NCBI GenBank assembly: GCA_011372345.1
Contig: DRTC01000258.1
Coordinates: forward strand, 1-24,691
From: Candidatus Cloacimonadota bacterium
GTDB taxonomy: Bacteria > Cloacimonadota > Cloacimonadia > Cloacimonadales > TCS61
Reading direction: 5' to 3'
Length of the DNA stretch: 24,691 nucleotides
The notes beneath the pieces were generated by a model. It did no database searches. It was not told where the DNA came from and was given only the letters and a program-made list of their open reading frames with translations. The translations under genes were made by a program, and so were the position numbers. Positions 8,537-20,143 of the stretch are shown here, in pieces (position 1 is the stretch's first letter; every line of letters starts with the position of its first letter).

Positions 8537-9289
8537 ATGAACTTTCCCGTAGAATATATACAAATCGCAGCTTATCTCGGAGCAGGAATTTGTGTTGGTA
8601 TCGGTGCTATTACAACCGGGATCGGTTCCGGAATAATCGCAGGAGAAGGTTCTCTGGCGATCATGAAACAACCAAAGGCAAATGAAGATATCTTCCGCAC
8701 TATGCTCATCGGTCAGGCTGCCGCTCAAACTGCCGGGATTTTTGCCTTAGTCGTCTCGATGTTACTTATTTATGGCGGATTTGATGTAGCCAAAGGTGGC
8801 TGGTATAAAGCTGCTGCTCTTTTAGCAGCCGGAATTGCGATGGGAATCGGATCGGTCGGACCATCTCTGGGAGCAGGATATTCCGGAGGACAAGCCTGTA
8901 AATCGATCGGTAGAATGCCGAAACACGGAAATGCCATAATGGGAAATATGCTGATCGGACAGGCGCTTTCCCAGACATCAGCGATCTTTGCTCTCGTTGT
9001 TTCTCTACTATTATTATATTCATCTCCAAACCAACCGGAAGGTATTTCGATCGGTAGAATTATGGTTAAAACTATCGCCTTTTTAGGAGCTGGTTCTGCA
9101 ATCGGATTGGGAACAATTGGTCCCGGTGCGGGAATTGGTTATGTTGCCGGTAGAGCAAATGATATGTTGGGAAGATTTCCCGCTGAACGACCGAATGTGA
9201 TGAGAACAATGTTTTTGGGAGCAGCAGTTTCGGAATCGACAGCGATCTATTCATTGGTCGTTGCCTTTTTATTAATATTTGCAGTTTAA
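8537..9289 (+). CDS. atpE: Triplicated (three-hairpin) ATP synthase c subunit; hairpins 1-2 have Gln and hairpin 3 has Glu at the ion-binding position
   Basis: Three c repeats, each with a GxGxGxG-type inner helix, a loop (KQP, RMP, RFP) and an outer helix: GQAAAQT (Q64), GQALSQT (Q146), GAAVSESTAIY (E233). Confidence 0.93.
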   Translation: MNFPVEYIQIAAYLGAGICVGIGAITTGIGSGIIAGEGSLAIMKQPKANEDIFRTMLIGQAAAQTAGIFALVVSMLLIYGGFDVAKGGWYKAAALLAAGIAMGIGSVGPSLGAGYSGGQACKSIGRMPKHGNAIMGNMLIGQALSQTSAIFALVVSLLLLYSSPNQPEGISIGRIMVKTIAFLGAGSAIGLGTIGPGAGIGYVAGRANDMLGRFPAERPNVMRTMFLGAAVSESTAIYSLVVAFLLIFAV

Positions 9290-9315
9290 TATTATACCTT
9301 ACGAACGATTGAGGA

Positions 9316-9473
9316 TAATCTTGAAATTCTTCCAAAATCTCAATCAAGATTACGAGACCTTCGCAATGGTCGGAAATAAAAGTGTAAATTTATTCGACTC
9401 ATAATGAAGACGAGTCGAAATAGACAGTCTCGAAAAATAACCATTCCGAAGGTTTCCAATCATTCGGAAGGTT
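9316..9473. repeat. Cluster of REP-like hairpins between the two atpE genes
   Basis: Stems TAATCTTGA/TCAAGATTA (9316-9352), CGAGAC/GTCTCG (9353-9432) enclosing TTCGACTC/GAGTCGAA (9393-9419), and AACCATTCCGAA/TTCGGAAGGTT (9439-9473). Confidence 0.7.
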
Positions 9474-9486
9474 GATAAATAGATAA

Positions 9487-9765
<279 letters not shown>

Positions 9766-9861
9766 ATGCACTTGTTGATTTAATGATTTGGGGATTTTAT
9801 TTTAAGCTCCTATCATTAATCTTTATCTTTCCCGATTTCAGGATTGAATGAAAATCGTAAA

Positions 9862-9879
9862 TCAACTTGCCCAAGTTGA
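9862..9879. repeat. REP-like perfect hairpin
   Basis: TCAACTTG-CC-CAAGTTGA in the atpE-atpF spacer. Confidence 0.55.
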
Positions 9880-10058
9880 GAAATCGAATTTTTAGAAAAG
9901 CCTGATAGGGAATATTGGAAATTCAGAAATTCAGCAAAACTTGAATAAATATCAGCACACGGGAAAAGTATCTCAAGCCGTACACTGTCCTGCTTGTGAA
10001 GAATAACAAACAGGGATGTTCGTTTTACGGAATCCTCGGCTGAAAAAGTGGAGATTTT

Positions 10059-10541
10059 ATGATTAATATAGATTATTCGATCATCATTGTGATCCTGAAT
10101 TTTATTATTCTTTTGATAATTTTAAATGGACTGCTTTATAAACCAGCGAAGAAATTCCTGGCAGAAAGAAAAGCACAGATTGCTGCAGACCTTAACGAAG
10201 CTGATGAATTTAAAAAAAAGGCAAATCAACTTGTTCAGAAAAAAGAAAACGAATTAAAACTTTCTGCTGAAGAAATCCGGAAAATGAAAAAAAAAGCTCG
10301 TAGTGATGCAGAACTTCAAGCAAATGAAATCATCGGTGATGCCAAAGATCACGAGAAGAAGATCATGCAGGAAACGGAGGAAATGATCGAGCATGAAAAG
10401 ATTAAAGCGATCGGAGAAATAAAGACGGAATTAGCTGAGATGGTTTCCGAGCTATCGGCGAAATTCCTATCCAAAAAAATGGATGAAAACAATGATCAGG
10501 ATATGATCAAAAAAATGATTTCCGAACGGGGAAATAAGTGA
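10059..10541 (+). CDS. atpF: ATP synthase Fo subunit b
   Basis: N-terminal TM (NFIILLIIL...LYKP...ERK) followed by a charged coiled coil; canonical position. Confidence 0.95.
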   Translation: MINIDYSIIIVILNFIILLIILNGLLYKPAKKFLAERKAQIAADLNEADEFKKKANQLVQKKENELKLSAEEIRKMKKKARSDAELQANEIIGDAKDHEKKIMQETEEMIEHEKIKAIGEIKTELAEMVSELSAKFLSKKMDENNDQDMIKKMISERGNK

Positions 10542-11077
10542 AGAACAAACTGATCGCCAAAAGATATGCGAAAGCTGTCATGGAGAACATTTCAGAAGAT
10601 TCAACTTCTTTCTTAAATGATATATCTTTATTGAATAAGTTTTTTTCAGATAATCCGGAAGTCATTAAAACTGCAGATTCGTTACTTTACCCTCCAAAGA
10701 GAAGAATCGAAATTATTAAAGAAATCAGCAGAATAAGCAATAATCAGAAAATCTGGAATAACCTTTTTCAACTTCTGGTCCAAAAACACAAATTCATCAT
10801 TATCCGGGAAATTTTAACAGAACTTGAATCTATAATTTTAGAGAAAAAGAAACAAGAAAAAGTGCATTTGAAAATTGCTCACAAACATCCCGATGAGGTC
10901 CTGAAAAAAATGAAATCAATAATTGCAGATATTATCAAAAAAGATTTAATCCTCGATATTACCATCGATCCGGATATTATCGGAGGTTTTATTGCATCAA
11001 CCGAATCTCTTGTCATAGATGGTTCGATCAGAAATAATTTGATCAAATTTAAGAATATTGTATCTGAAGTGAAATAA
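10538..11077 (+). CDS. atpH: ATP synthase F1 subunit delta
   Basis: AKRYAKA N-terminus and C-terminal DPDIIGGFI...VIDGSIRN; GTG start overlapping the atpF stop. Confidence 0.93.
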   Translation: MKNKLIAKRYAKAVMENISEDSTSFLNDISLLNKFFSDNPEVIKTADSLLYPPKRRIEIIKEISRISNNQKIWNNLFQLLVQKHKFIIIREILTELESIILEKKKQEKVHLKIAHKHPDEVLKKMKSIIADIIKKDLILDITIDPDIIGGFIASTESLVIDGSIRNNLIKFKNIVSEVK

Positions 11078-11186
11078 TAAATCCGAATTGTCTCCTTGAA
11101 TTTCAAGAAGTTCAGCATCTCCGCAGGAGATAAATAATTATCCCTTTTTAAGGGAAAATTTAAGAGAGTAAAAAAATGAAAAAAAA

Positions 11187-11286
11187 TGTCATTATGAGGT
11201 TTCATCCGGAGATAATCTCCCGAAGAATCTCGTATATCGTTGGAGTCCCTTCGAAAGAAAAGCACGAAGAATTCCTCATAATGACA
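11187..11286. repeat. 100-bp palindromic element with perfect 13-bp terminal inverted repeats
   Basis: TGTCATTATGAGG (11187-11199) and CCTCATAATGACA (11274-11286); inner arms CGAAGAATCTC/GAGTCCCTTCG and the hairpin GGAGAT-A-ATCTCC. Confidence 0.8.
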
Positions 11287-11336
11287 AAAACAATCATTTT
11301 TGCATAAATCAATAAAATTAAAATAACGAGGTCGGA

Positions 11337-12836
11337 ATGAAAATACAACCAGATGAAATAAGTTCGATATTAAAAGCAAAGATCAACGATTTCAAGTTTG
11401 AGATCGATATTGAAGAAACCGGAAAAGTCGTTCAAGTTGGAGATGGAATTGCTCGTGTTTACGGTTTGAACAATGTTATGGCTGGTGAAATGATATTATT
11501 TCCCGGAGATGTTGTGGGTATGGCTTTGAATCTGGAAGAAGATAATGTCGGTTGCATTCTCTTTGGAGAAACCAGGAAAATCAAAGAGGGTGATATTGCT
11601 AAAAGAACAAAGCAGATCCTGCAGGTTCCGGTGGGAGAAGCAATGCTTGGCCGTGTTGTCAATGCTCTCGGTGAACCGATTGATGGTAAAGGTGCGATCA
11701 AATCCGAAAAATCTATGCCTGTGGAAAGAAAAGCACTCGGAATTATCCAGCGACAACCTGTGAAAGAACCTCTGCAAACCGGTTTGAAATCTATAGATTC
11801 TATGATCCCGATCGGAAGAGGACAACGAGAACTTATCATTGGTGACAGGCAAACAGGAAAAACTGCGATTGGGATCGACACAATTATAAACCAGAAAGGT
11901 ACTGATGTAATCTGTATTTATGTTGCTATCGGTCAGAAAAAATCTTCAGTTGCAAAAATCGTAAAAACACTGGAATTACACGGAGCGATGGATTATACGA
12001 TCATCGTTTCCGCTTCAGCTTCCGAATCTGCTTCTTTGCAATATCTATCTCCTTATTCCGGAGTTACAATGGGTGAATTTTTCCGCGATAATGGAAAACA
12101 TGCTTTGATAATTTATGATGATCTCTCCAAACATGCTGTTTCGTATCGACAGATTTCCCTGCTTTTAAGACGACCTCCCGGACGAGAAGCATATCCAGGT
12201 GATGTATTTTATCTTCATTCAAGACTTCTGGAAAGAGCTTCTAAATTAAGTGATGAACTGGGTGGAGGTTCTCTCACTGCTCTTCCTATCATCGAAACAC
12301 AAGCTGATGATATAACTGCGTATATTCCAACGAATGTGATTTCCATTACCGATGGTCAGATATATTTGAGCAGTCGTCTTTTCTATTCCGGAGTTCGTCC
12401 CGCGATCAATGCCGGACTGTCTGTTTCCCGGGTGGGAGGAAACGCACAGATCAAAGTGATGAAAGGTGTAACCGGGCAGCTTCGTCTAGATCTGGCTCAG
12501 TATACAGAATTAGAAGCATTTGCTAAATTCGGTTCGGACCTTGATAAAGCTACTCAAGCTCAACTGAGGCGAGGTATTCGACTTGTCGAAATTTTAAAAC
12601 AGGATCAATATGTTCCGCTTCCTGTGGCTAAACAAGTTTTTATCATATTTATGGCAAACCAGGGTATGCTTGATAAAATCGAGATCAATGAGATCAAAAA
12701 AGTTGAAGAAGAACTTTTCTCAATCCTCGATTCCGAATATAAAGACTTCATGGAAGAACTTATAAAAGGTTCGATCACAGATGAAGTTACAGAAAAAATG
12801 AAAAAAATCTGTCAGAAAGTTATCGAGAAATTTTGA
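11337..12836 (+). CDS. atpA: ATP synthase F1 subunit alpha
   Basis: P-loop [21 protein letters not shown] and SVSRVGG. Confidence 0.99.
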   Translation: MKIQPDEISSILKAKINDFKFEIDIEETGKVVQVGDGIARVYGLNNVMAGEMILFPGDVVGMALNLEEDNVGCILFGETRKIKEGDIAKRTKQILQVPVGEAMLGRVVNALGEPIDGKGAIKSEKSMPVERKALGIIQRQPVKEPLQTGLKSIDSMIPIGRGQRELIIGDRQTGKTAIGIDTIINQKGTDVICIYVAIGQKKSSVAKIVKTLELHGAMDYTIIVSASASESASLQYLSPYSGVTMGEFFRDNGKHALIIYDDLSKHAVSYRQISLLLRRPPGREAYPGDVFYLHSRLLERASKLSDELGGGSLTALPIIETQADDITAYIPTNVISITDGQIYLSSRLFYSGVRPAINAGLSVSRVGGNAQIKVMKGVTGQLRLDLAQYTELEAFAKFGSDLDKATQAQLRRGIRLVEILKQDQYVPLPVAKQVFIIFMANQGMLDKIEINEIKKVEEELFSILDSEYKDFMEELIKGSITDEVTEKMKKICQKVIEKF

Positions 12837-12843
12837 TGAACTG

Positions 12844-13082
12844 TCCACGAATTTCACGAATTACTCGAATTAAAACAAAAAAATAATCATTGTTCCCAAT
12901 CCACGATTGGGAATAAAATAATTTGTGTAATTATTGGATGATCATTGTTTGAAATAAATCAAAAAAATAGAAGGAATTGGAATGTTGATAAATTTTGTTA
13001 GAATGGTGTTAGAGCAAAAAACCATGAATTTGTGAAATTCGTGGATGTTTTATAAAAGAAATGATTTGTGTAATTAGTGGAT
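12844..13082. repeat. Inverted array of CACGAATT-type short repeats plus a TTCCCAA-n-TTGGGAA hairpin
   Basis: TCCACGAATTTCACGAAT (12844-12861) matches the reverse complement of 13028-13045 at 17/18. Related units lie at 12921-12939 and 13064-13082; hairpin at 12893-12913. Confidence 0.7.
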
Positions 13083-13090
13083 AATAAAAA

Positions 13091-13945
13091 ATGCCGAACA
13101 TTAGAGACATTAAGACCAGAATTGAAAGCGTTAAAAGTACCAAGCAGATTACCAATGCCATGAAAATGGTAGCTGCTTCCAAATTGAGAAAAGCTCAGAA
13201 CAACATTGAACAAGCGCGACCGTATGCTGATCATATCAATGTTATGCTCCAGACTTTAAAGCGGAAAAACACAAAAAACCAGCATCCTTTGCTTGTCGAT
13301 ATTCCGGATAAGGGGAAAAAAGCTTTCCTTGTTGTTACTTCCGATAGAGGATTATGCGGGGCATTTAATTCCAATATTATCAGGAAAGCCATTCACTACT
13401 TGAACAAAAATCCCGAAACAGAAGTAATTTGTATCGGCAAAAAAGGTTATGATTTTCTAAAAAAACACATAACTAATAAAATTAAAGAAAAATATATTGG
13501 CCTTTTCAATGAGATGGATTTCAGTGTTTCCAGAGAAGTTGCTTCGTTTTTACTCGAACTTTTTTTAAGAGAAAATTATACAAAAATCGAAGTTCTTTAT
13601 AATGAGTTTAAATCTGCAATACAACAGGATATTGTAGTCAAGCAACTGTTGCCTGTCATTCCAGTGGAATCGGAAGAAATATCATCTCTCGATTTTATTT
13701 ATGAACCTGATGAAAAAACGATCATTGAGGAATTAAGCAGAAAATACATCAATGTTGAGATCTGGAGAATCATGCTGGAATCTTCTGCTGCTGAACAAGG
13801 CGCCAGAATGACTGCTATGGATTCCGCAACTGAAAATGCAACCGAATTGATAGGTAGCCTGACTTTATTTTATAATCGTGCTCGACAGGCAGCGATAACT
13901 AAAGAAATAATTGAAATTGCTTCCGGAGCGGAAGCTTTGAAATAA
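13091..13945 (+). CDS. atpG: ATP synthase F1 subunit gamma
   Basis: ITNAMKMVAASKL, SDRGLCGAFN, RMTAMDSATENA and YNRARQAAITKEI. Confidence 0.99.
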   Translation: MPNIRDIKTRIESVKSTKQITNAMKMVAASKLRKAQNNIEQARPYADHINVMLQTLKRKNTKNQHPLLVDIPDKGKKAFLVVTSDRGLCGAFNSNIIRKAIHYLNKNPETEVICIGKKGYDFLKKHITNKIKEKYIGLFNEMDFSVSREVASFLLELFLRENYTKIEVLYNEFKSAIQQDIVVKQLLPVIPVESEEISSLDFIYEPDEKTIIEELSRKYINVEIWRIMLESSAAEQGARMTAMDSATENATELIGSLTLFYNRARQAAITKEIIEIASGAEALK

Positions 13946-13962
13946 TATTAAATATGAGGTAA

Positions 13963-15755
<1,793 letters not shown>

Positions 15756-15757
<2 letters not shown>

Positions 15758-15786
15758 GGGTGATCAAATCACCCTTTTTTTATTTT
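15756..15786 (+). terminator. Intrinsic terminator of the atp operon
   Basis: Stem AAGGGTGAT-CAA-ATCACCCTT followed by a T-tract, directly at the atpC stop. Confidence 0.85.
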
Positions 15787-15835
15787 GGATATTGTTCGAA
15801 CTAAAACTTCTTATAACGATCGTTTCAAAACAATT

Positions 15836-17008
15836 ATGAATAAATATAAACTATTTTTCTTATTTTTCATTCTGTTTTTATTTACAAATTGCACTCAAAA
15901 AACTGAAAAGACTGAAAACGAAAAGACTCAAAAAACTTTATTAAAAAAAGAAGAAATTTCGAAACAGAATTTCAATCGGAAATCTTATCCAGAATTTATT
16001 AAAGGTATGTATTTAAACGCATATACTATTGCTTCAAAAAAACTCCAACCGATTTTAGATCAAGCAAAAAAAACAGGCATAAACACAGTTGTATTCGACC
16101 TGAAAGATATGAATGGAAATATTTTTCTTAAAATATCTTATCAGGATACGATGCGTCAGCGAAGGGTATTGCCAATCATCGATGTGGAAAAAACTGTTGC
16201 TAAATTACACGATAATAAGATGCGAGCTGTAGCTAGGATAGTAATGTTTCATGATCGATTTCTGGCTCAAAATGATCCTACCTTGAGACCGAAGAAAATA
16301 GATAATTCTGTCTGGCAGGAAAGCAATAAAGGAAAACCTTCCTGGCTCGATTCTTCCAATCCGGAAGTTCAGAAGGAATTGTTGGAGCTTATTGAAAAAG
16401 TAGCACAAACGAATATCGATGAAATCCAGATGGATTATGTCAGATTTCCGACTCAGGGCAATATAAATGAAGCATTTTTTTATTTTCAAAAAGAAGATCA
16501 GGAAACTGCCTTAAAAGACAGTCTTTATGTTTTCAGGCAAAAATCGGATATTATCGAAGATATTATTTACAGAGCAAAAAAAATCTGTTTAAAATATGAT
16601 GTGAAATTAACAGGGGATGTTTTTGCCATTGTTGCCTGGCAAAGCAAAAAAGATGTTGCCAATACAGGTCAGGACATTAAAAGAATGACCAAACATCTCG
16701 ATGCAATTCATCCCATGATCTATTCATCTCATTTTGCTGATAATTTTGCTTATCGAGAAAACGCTCATAACGAACCATTTTATCTAATGTATAAGGGCAC
16801 GAAATTAACCCGGAAAAATTCAAATAAAATGTGCAAAGTTATTCCCTATATCCAGGCAAATAATTGGGAAGTCAATTACAAACCTGAATATATATACGCT
16901 CAGATTAAAGCTATCGAAAGTTGTCCTGCTGATGGTTTTATTTTATGGGATGCTTCCAATAATTACCTTGAAACACTGAAGTGGATTGAAGTATTTTATT
17001 CCAAATAA
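15836..17008 (+). CDS. Putative glycoside hydrolase lipoprotein (DUF4015-like)
   Basis: Lipoprotein signal MNKYKLFFLFFILFLFTNC; motifs INTVVFDLKD, ARIVMFHD, DEIQMDYVRFP, PMIYSSH and PYIQA typical of DUF4015 TIM-barrel proteins. Confidence 0.75.
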   Translation: MNKYKLFFLFFILFLFTNCTQKTEKTENEKTQKTLLKKEEISKQNFNRKSYPEFIKGMYLNAYTIASKKLQPILDQAKKTGINTVVFDLKDMNGNIFLKISYQDTMRQRRVLPIIDVEKTVAKLHDNKMRAVARIVMFHDRFLAQNDPTLRPKKIDNSVWQESNKGKPSWLDSSNPEVQKELLELIEKVAQTNIDEIQMDYVRFPTQGNINEAFFYFQKEDQETALKDSLYVFRQKSDIIEDIIYRAKKICLKYDVKLTGDVFAIVAWQSKKDVANTGQDIKRMTKHLDAIHPMIYSSHFADNFAYRENAHNEPFYLMYKGTKLTRKNSNKMCKVIPYIQANNWEVNYKPEYIYAQIKAIESCPADGFILWDASNNYLETLKWIEVFYSK

Positions 17009-17095
17009 AGTTTGTCTGTAAACTAAAGATTCGAGTTGTGAGAGCTTTTAACGACGGCTTGAAACCAATGAAAAAACTACCTGAAAATTATATTA

Positions 17096-17111
17096 TGTTT
17101 CATGTGAAACA
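17096..17111. promoter_or_regulatory. parS centromere site
   Basis: TGTTTCATGTGAAACA, one mismatch to the consensus TGTTTCACGTGAAACA; intergenic, with parAB and oriC in the same window. Confidence 0.88.
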
Positions 17112-17206
17112 CACAAAACTACCTCTATTCATTTCTGCGATTGTAGATTCCTCATGAAATAATTTTAAAAATTTCAGAAAAACTGCCGATGCTGAATATT
17201 TAGAAA

Positions 17207-17872
17207 TCAATTTAATACTTTTGTAGTAAGTACATTAATTATTTCTTCATGTGTTCTTGCGTTTCTCAATTTTTCCAGATTCTCATCTATCATTAAGAAT
17301 TTTGAAATATAAGAAATCGAAAAAAGGTGCTGAATGTCATCGTGTAATAAAAGCATGAAAAAAATACTTACCGGTTTATTGTCAGGAGCATCGAACTCGA
17401 TATCATCCTTTGATCTACCGAAAATGATCGCTGGTTTTTTTATTTTTGAAGGATGATGATGACGCGGGTGAAGTAAAGCAACACCTTTTCCAACAGCAGT
17501 TGAAACTAATTCTTCCCGAGCGACAACAACCTGATACAGCCAGCGATGATCCTTAACTATTTTCAAATCTTTAGCTTTTTTTGCCATTTCCGCAATCGCT
17601 TCATATTTATTGTCAGCATAAAAATCTAAATAGATATACCTTGTTTTGAAATAATCCGTGAATCTGCAAACAGACCTTTTTAAGGCAAGTTGTTCATCTT
17701 CTTTGTCACTTAAATTAGCAAGCCATTCTTCGATTTCAGTTTTATCTATTTGATAATTATTTCCTTTTTTTACAACCACAAATAGTTTTGAACTGATCAT
17801 CTCCTTGATAACGGAGTCAGTAACTCTTAGAAAATTTGCAGCTTGTTTCAAGGTTAAATATTTTTTCGCCAT
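17207..17872 (-). CDS. Excisionase-type HTH fused to a PTS EIIA (Ntr/Fru-type) domain
   Basis: N-terminal YLTLKQAANFLRV...W; C-terminal RE...STAVGKGVALLHPR (phospho-His) and FDAPDNKPV...HL. Confidence 0.85.
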   Translation of the reverse strand: MAKKYLTLKQAANFLRVTDSVIKEMISSKLFVVVKKGNNYQIDKTEIEEWLANLSDKEDEQLALKRSVCRFTDYFKTRYIYLDFYADNKYEAIAEMAKKAKDLKIVKDHRWLYQVVVAREELVSTAVGKGVALLHPRHHHPSKIKKPAIIFGRSKDDIEFDAPDNKPVSIFFMLLLHDDIQHLFSISYISKFLMIDENLEKLRNARTHEEIINVLTTKVLN

Positions 17873-17986
17873 ATTTTCTCCTATTTTTGTAAAAGCTATG
17901 GCACTTCTTTCAAATAATTGCTTTTTTTTGTCAAGTTATTAGATTAATTTTCTTGACACAATCATGTCTCGAAAATGTTTAAAGCT

Positions 17987-18475
17987 ATGAAAAAATCTTA
18001 TATCCTTGTTATTTTAGCAGTTTTAGGTGCTTGTAGTTATTCTGTTTATACAAGCGGATTTCCTCACCTTAAAACCCTTTCTATTCAAACTTTTCAAAAC
18101 AATACAGTCGAATATGATCTCGAAGAAGAAATACAGATTGAACTCACCAATTATTTTGAGAAGGACGGCAGGCTGAAGATCGTTACTCTTTCTCCAGATT
18201 GCCGGTTGGAAGGAGAAATAATGGATTATTCCAATAAAATTTTTACTTATGATGCTGCTGGAGTAGAAGAATATGAAGTAAAAATTCTGTTCAAAATAAT
18301 CTTTACAGATTTAAAAAAGAATGAAGTGATCTGGAACAATGATGCTCTTGTTTTGAGCGAAACTTATTCTTCTTCTGAAGAAACCAGCGTATTTTCCACT
18401 GAAGAAGAAGCTCAAATGGAAATTTACAAAGACCTTTTTGAAACGATCATGAAAAACAGTTTGGAAGAATGGTAG
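17987..18475 (+). CDS. lptE: LptE-family LPS assembly lipoprotein
   Basis: Lipobox LGAC at the N-terminus; F.N.T.EY.LE, LEGEI..Y and DLKKNEVIW patterns. Confidence 0.7.
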   Translation: MKKSYILVILAVLGACSYSVYTSGFPHLKTLSIQTFQNNTVEYDLEEEIQIELTNYFEKDGRLKIVTLSPDCRLEGEIMDYSNKIFTYDAAGVEEYEVKILFKIIFTDLKKNEVIWNNDALVLSETYSSSEETSVFSTEEEAQMEIYKDLFETIMKNSLEEW

Positions 18476-18563
18476 TCTATCCTCAATTAATGATTCTCGT
18501 TTTTCCAATATTACAAAGATTGCTTCTTAAACTCGGTCTTCTTACCGTCTTCTGCAGTAAATT

Positions 18564-19988
18564 TCACAAGCTATAATACAAATTCATTTCAAACGGATGC
18601 GGACGATTTTTTACAGCTACAACTTCCTTCATCTTTTCTTTGATCCAGCTCTCGATCAGTTCCTCGTTGAAAACATCACCTTGCAAAAGATAATTATTAT
18701 CCTTCTTTAGTTCTTCCAATGCTTCTTCAAGAGATTCAGGGATAGAATGCAGTTTTTCTTTCTGTTTATTTGTCCAATCGAAAACATTATCATCAAATGG
18801 TCCGTAACCGTTTTCAGGGGTTGGCATAACCTTGTTTTTGATACCATCGAGTCCAGCCATGAGAAGAGCACTCATTGCCAGGTAATAATTGCATGTTCCA
18901 TCTCCGGTTCGGAATTCCATTCTTTTAGCATCTTCACTGGTTGTGTATTTTGGAATACGAATGGCTGCACTTCTATTTGCCAGACCAAAAAATAATTGTA
19001 CCGGAGCTTCATACCCGGGCAGAAGTCTTTTATATGAATTCGTGCTGGGATTTGTAAATGCAGTTAAAGAGCGACCGTGTTTGAGAATTCCTCCGATAAA
19101 ATATAATGCTTCCTCGGAAAGGTCAGCGTAATTTCCTTTTTTGAAGAAGATATTTTTACCATTTTTCCGTAATTGAATATGAAAATGCATACCGTTTCCT
19201 GGTTCGTCATAAAGAGGTTTCGGCATAAAAGTAGCAGTCAATTCGTGTTTTAGAGCCGTGTTATGGATAATATCTTTGACATACATCATCTTATCCGTGA
19301 TCTTCTCAAATTCGATCATCTCGGTTTCAATTTCCTGCTGCCCTGAAAGTCCAACTTCGTGATGATGATAACGCACGGGACAGTCAATTTTCTCGATCAA
19401 TTCCACCATTTCTTCCCGAATATGGGCATATTTATCAAACGGAACATCGATGTGATAACCTTTCCTGTTGGCAACTGCTGTTCCCTGAATGTCTTTGTAC
19501 CCTCCGGGAAGATCTTTCTTGTTCTCTTCTGAAGTGAATTGATAACCGGCACTGTATTTCCCGTTATTGATGATCGCTTCATTGAAAAGATAAAACTCAA
19601 ACTCGGGAATCCATAATGATTGATCCGCAATTCCGGTTTGTTCCATGTATTTTTGAACTCTCTTGGCAACGCTTCTCGGATCTTTTTGCACTCCGATCCT
19701 GGTGTCTGCATCACAAATATAACACAACATTCTTAAAGTAGGAAATTCCGTGAATGGATCTACAACAGCAGTAGAGAGATCGGGAATAATCACCATATCT
19801 CCAGATTCAACTGAACTCATACCGGGAATGCTGGAACCATCAAAGGAAATTCCGTGTTCGAGAACATATTCCAATCTTCGTGGAGGAAAAGAGATGTGAT
19901 ACCAATTTCCCACTAAATCCGAATATTTCAGGTCGATACTTTTGATCCCCTTTTCTTTAATGATTTGTTTTATTTTTTCTAAAGTCAT
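18564..19988 (-). CDS. glnA: Glutamine synthetase type I
   Basis: FDGSSI, PEFEFY, HHEV, ATFMPKP, GNGMHFH, NSYKRLLPGYEAP, NRSAAIRIP and EFRTGD. Confidence 0.98.
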   Translation of the reverse strand: MTLEKIKQIIKEKGIKSIDLKYSDLVGNWYHISFPPRRLEYVLEHGISFDGSSIPGMSSVESGDMVIIPDLSTAVVDPFTEFPTLRMLCYICDADTRIGVQKDPRSVAKRVQKYMEQTGIADQSLWIPEFEFYLFNEAIINNGKYSAGYQFTSEENKKDLPGGYKDIQGTAVANRKGYHIDVPFDKYAHIREEMVELIEKIDCPVRYHHHEVGLSGQQEIETEMIEFEKITDKMMYVKDIIHNTALKHELTATFMPKPLYDEPGNGMHFHIQLRKNGKNIFFKKGNYADLSEEALYFIGGILKHGRSLTAFTNPSTNSYKRLLPGYEAPVQLFFGLANRSAAIRIPKYTTSEDAKRMEFRTGDGTCNYYLAMSALLMAGLDGIKNKVMPTPENGYGPFDDNVFDWTNKQKEKLHSIPESLEEALEELKKDNNYLLQGDVFNEELIESWIKEKMKEVVAVKNRPHPFEMNLYYSL

Positions 19989-20143
19989 ATTTTCTCCATA
20001 AATTTAAAAATTCTACTAAATGACAAAAAACAATGTTATTCTAATATTTCTGATAAAGATAATTTTACGAAACTTCTATCTATTGTTGAATTTCACTCAA
20101 AAGAAAAGTAAGAAAAATTTATCAGAATGGTCGGGATGAAAAA

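Noticed and set aside
8537-9289. V/A-type ATPase proteolipid (because the c hairpins are fused)
   Set aside because: The repeats are F-type c-like and embedded in a complete F-type operon; no V/A-type subunits are in the window.
10879-11379. 166-aa minus-strand ORF and the other antisense or nested ORFs in the track (e.g. 3444-3785, 4747-5148, 7237-7503, 11459-11881, 12998-13234)
   Set aside because: They overlap well-supported genes or repeat elements and have no recognisable motifs; treated as shadow ORFs.
12844-13082. CRISPR array (also considered for 9316-9473 and 2929-3230)
   Set aside because: There are no regularly spaced identical repeats with unique spacers, and no cas genes.
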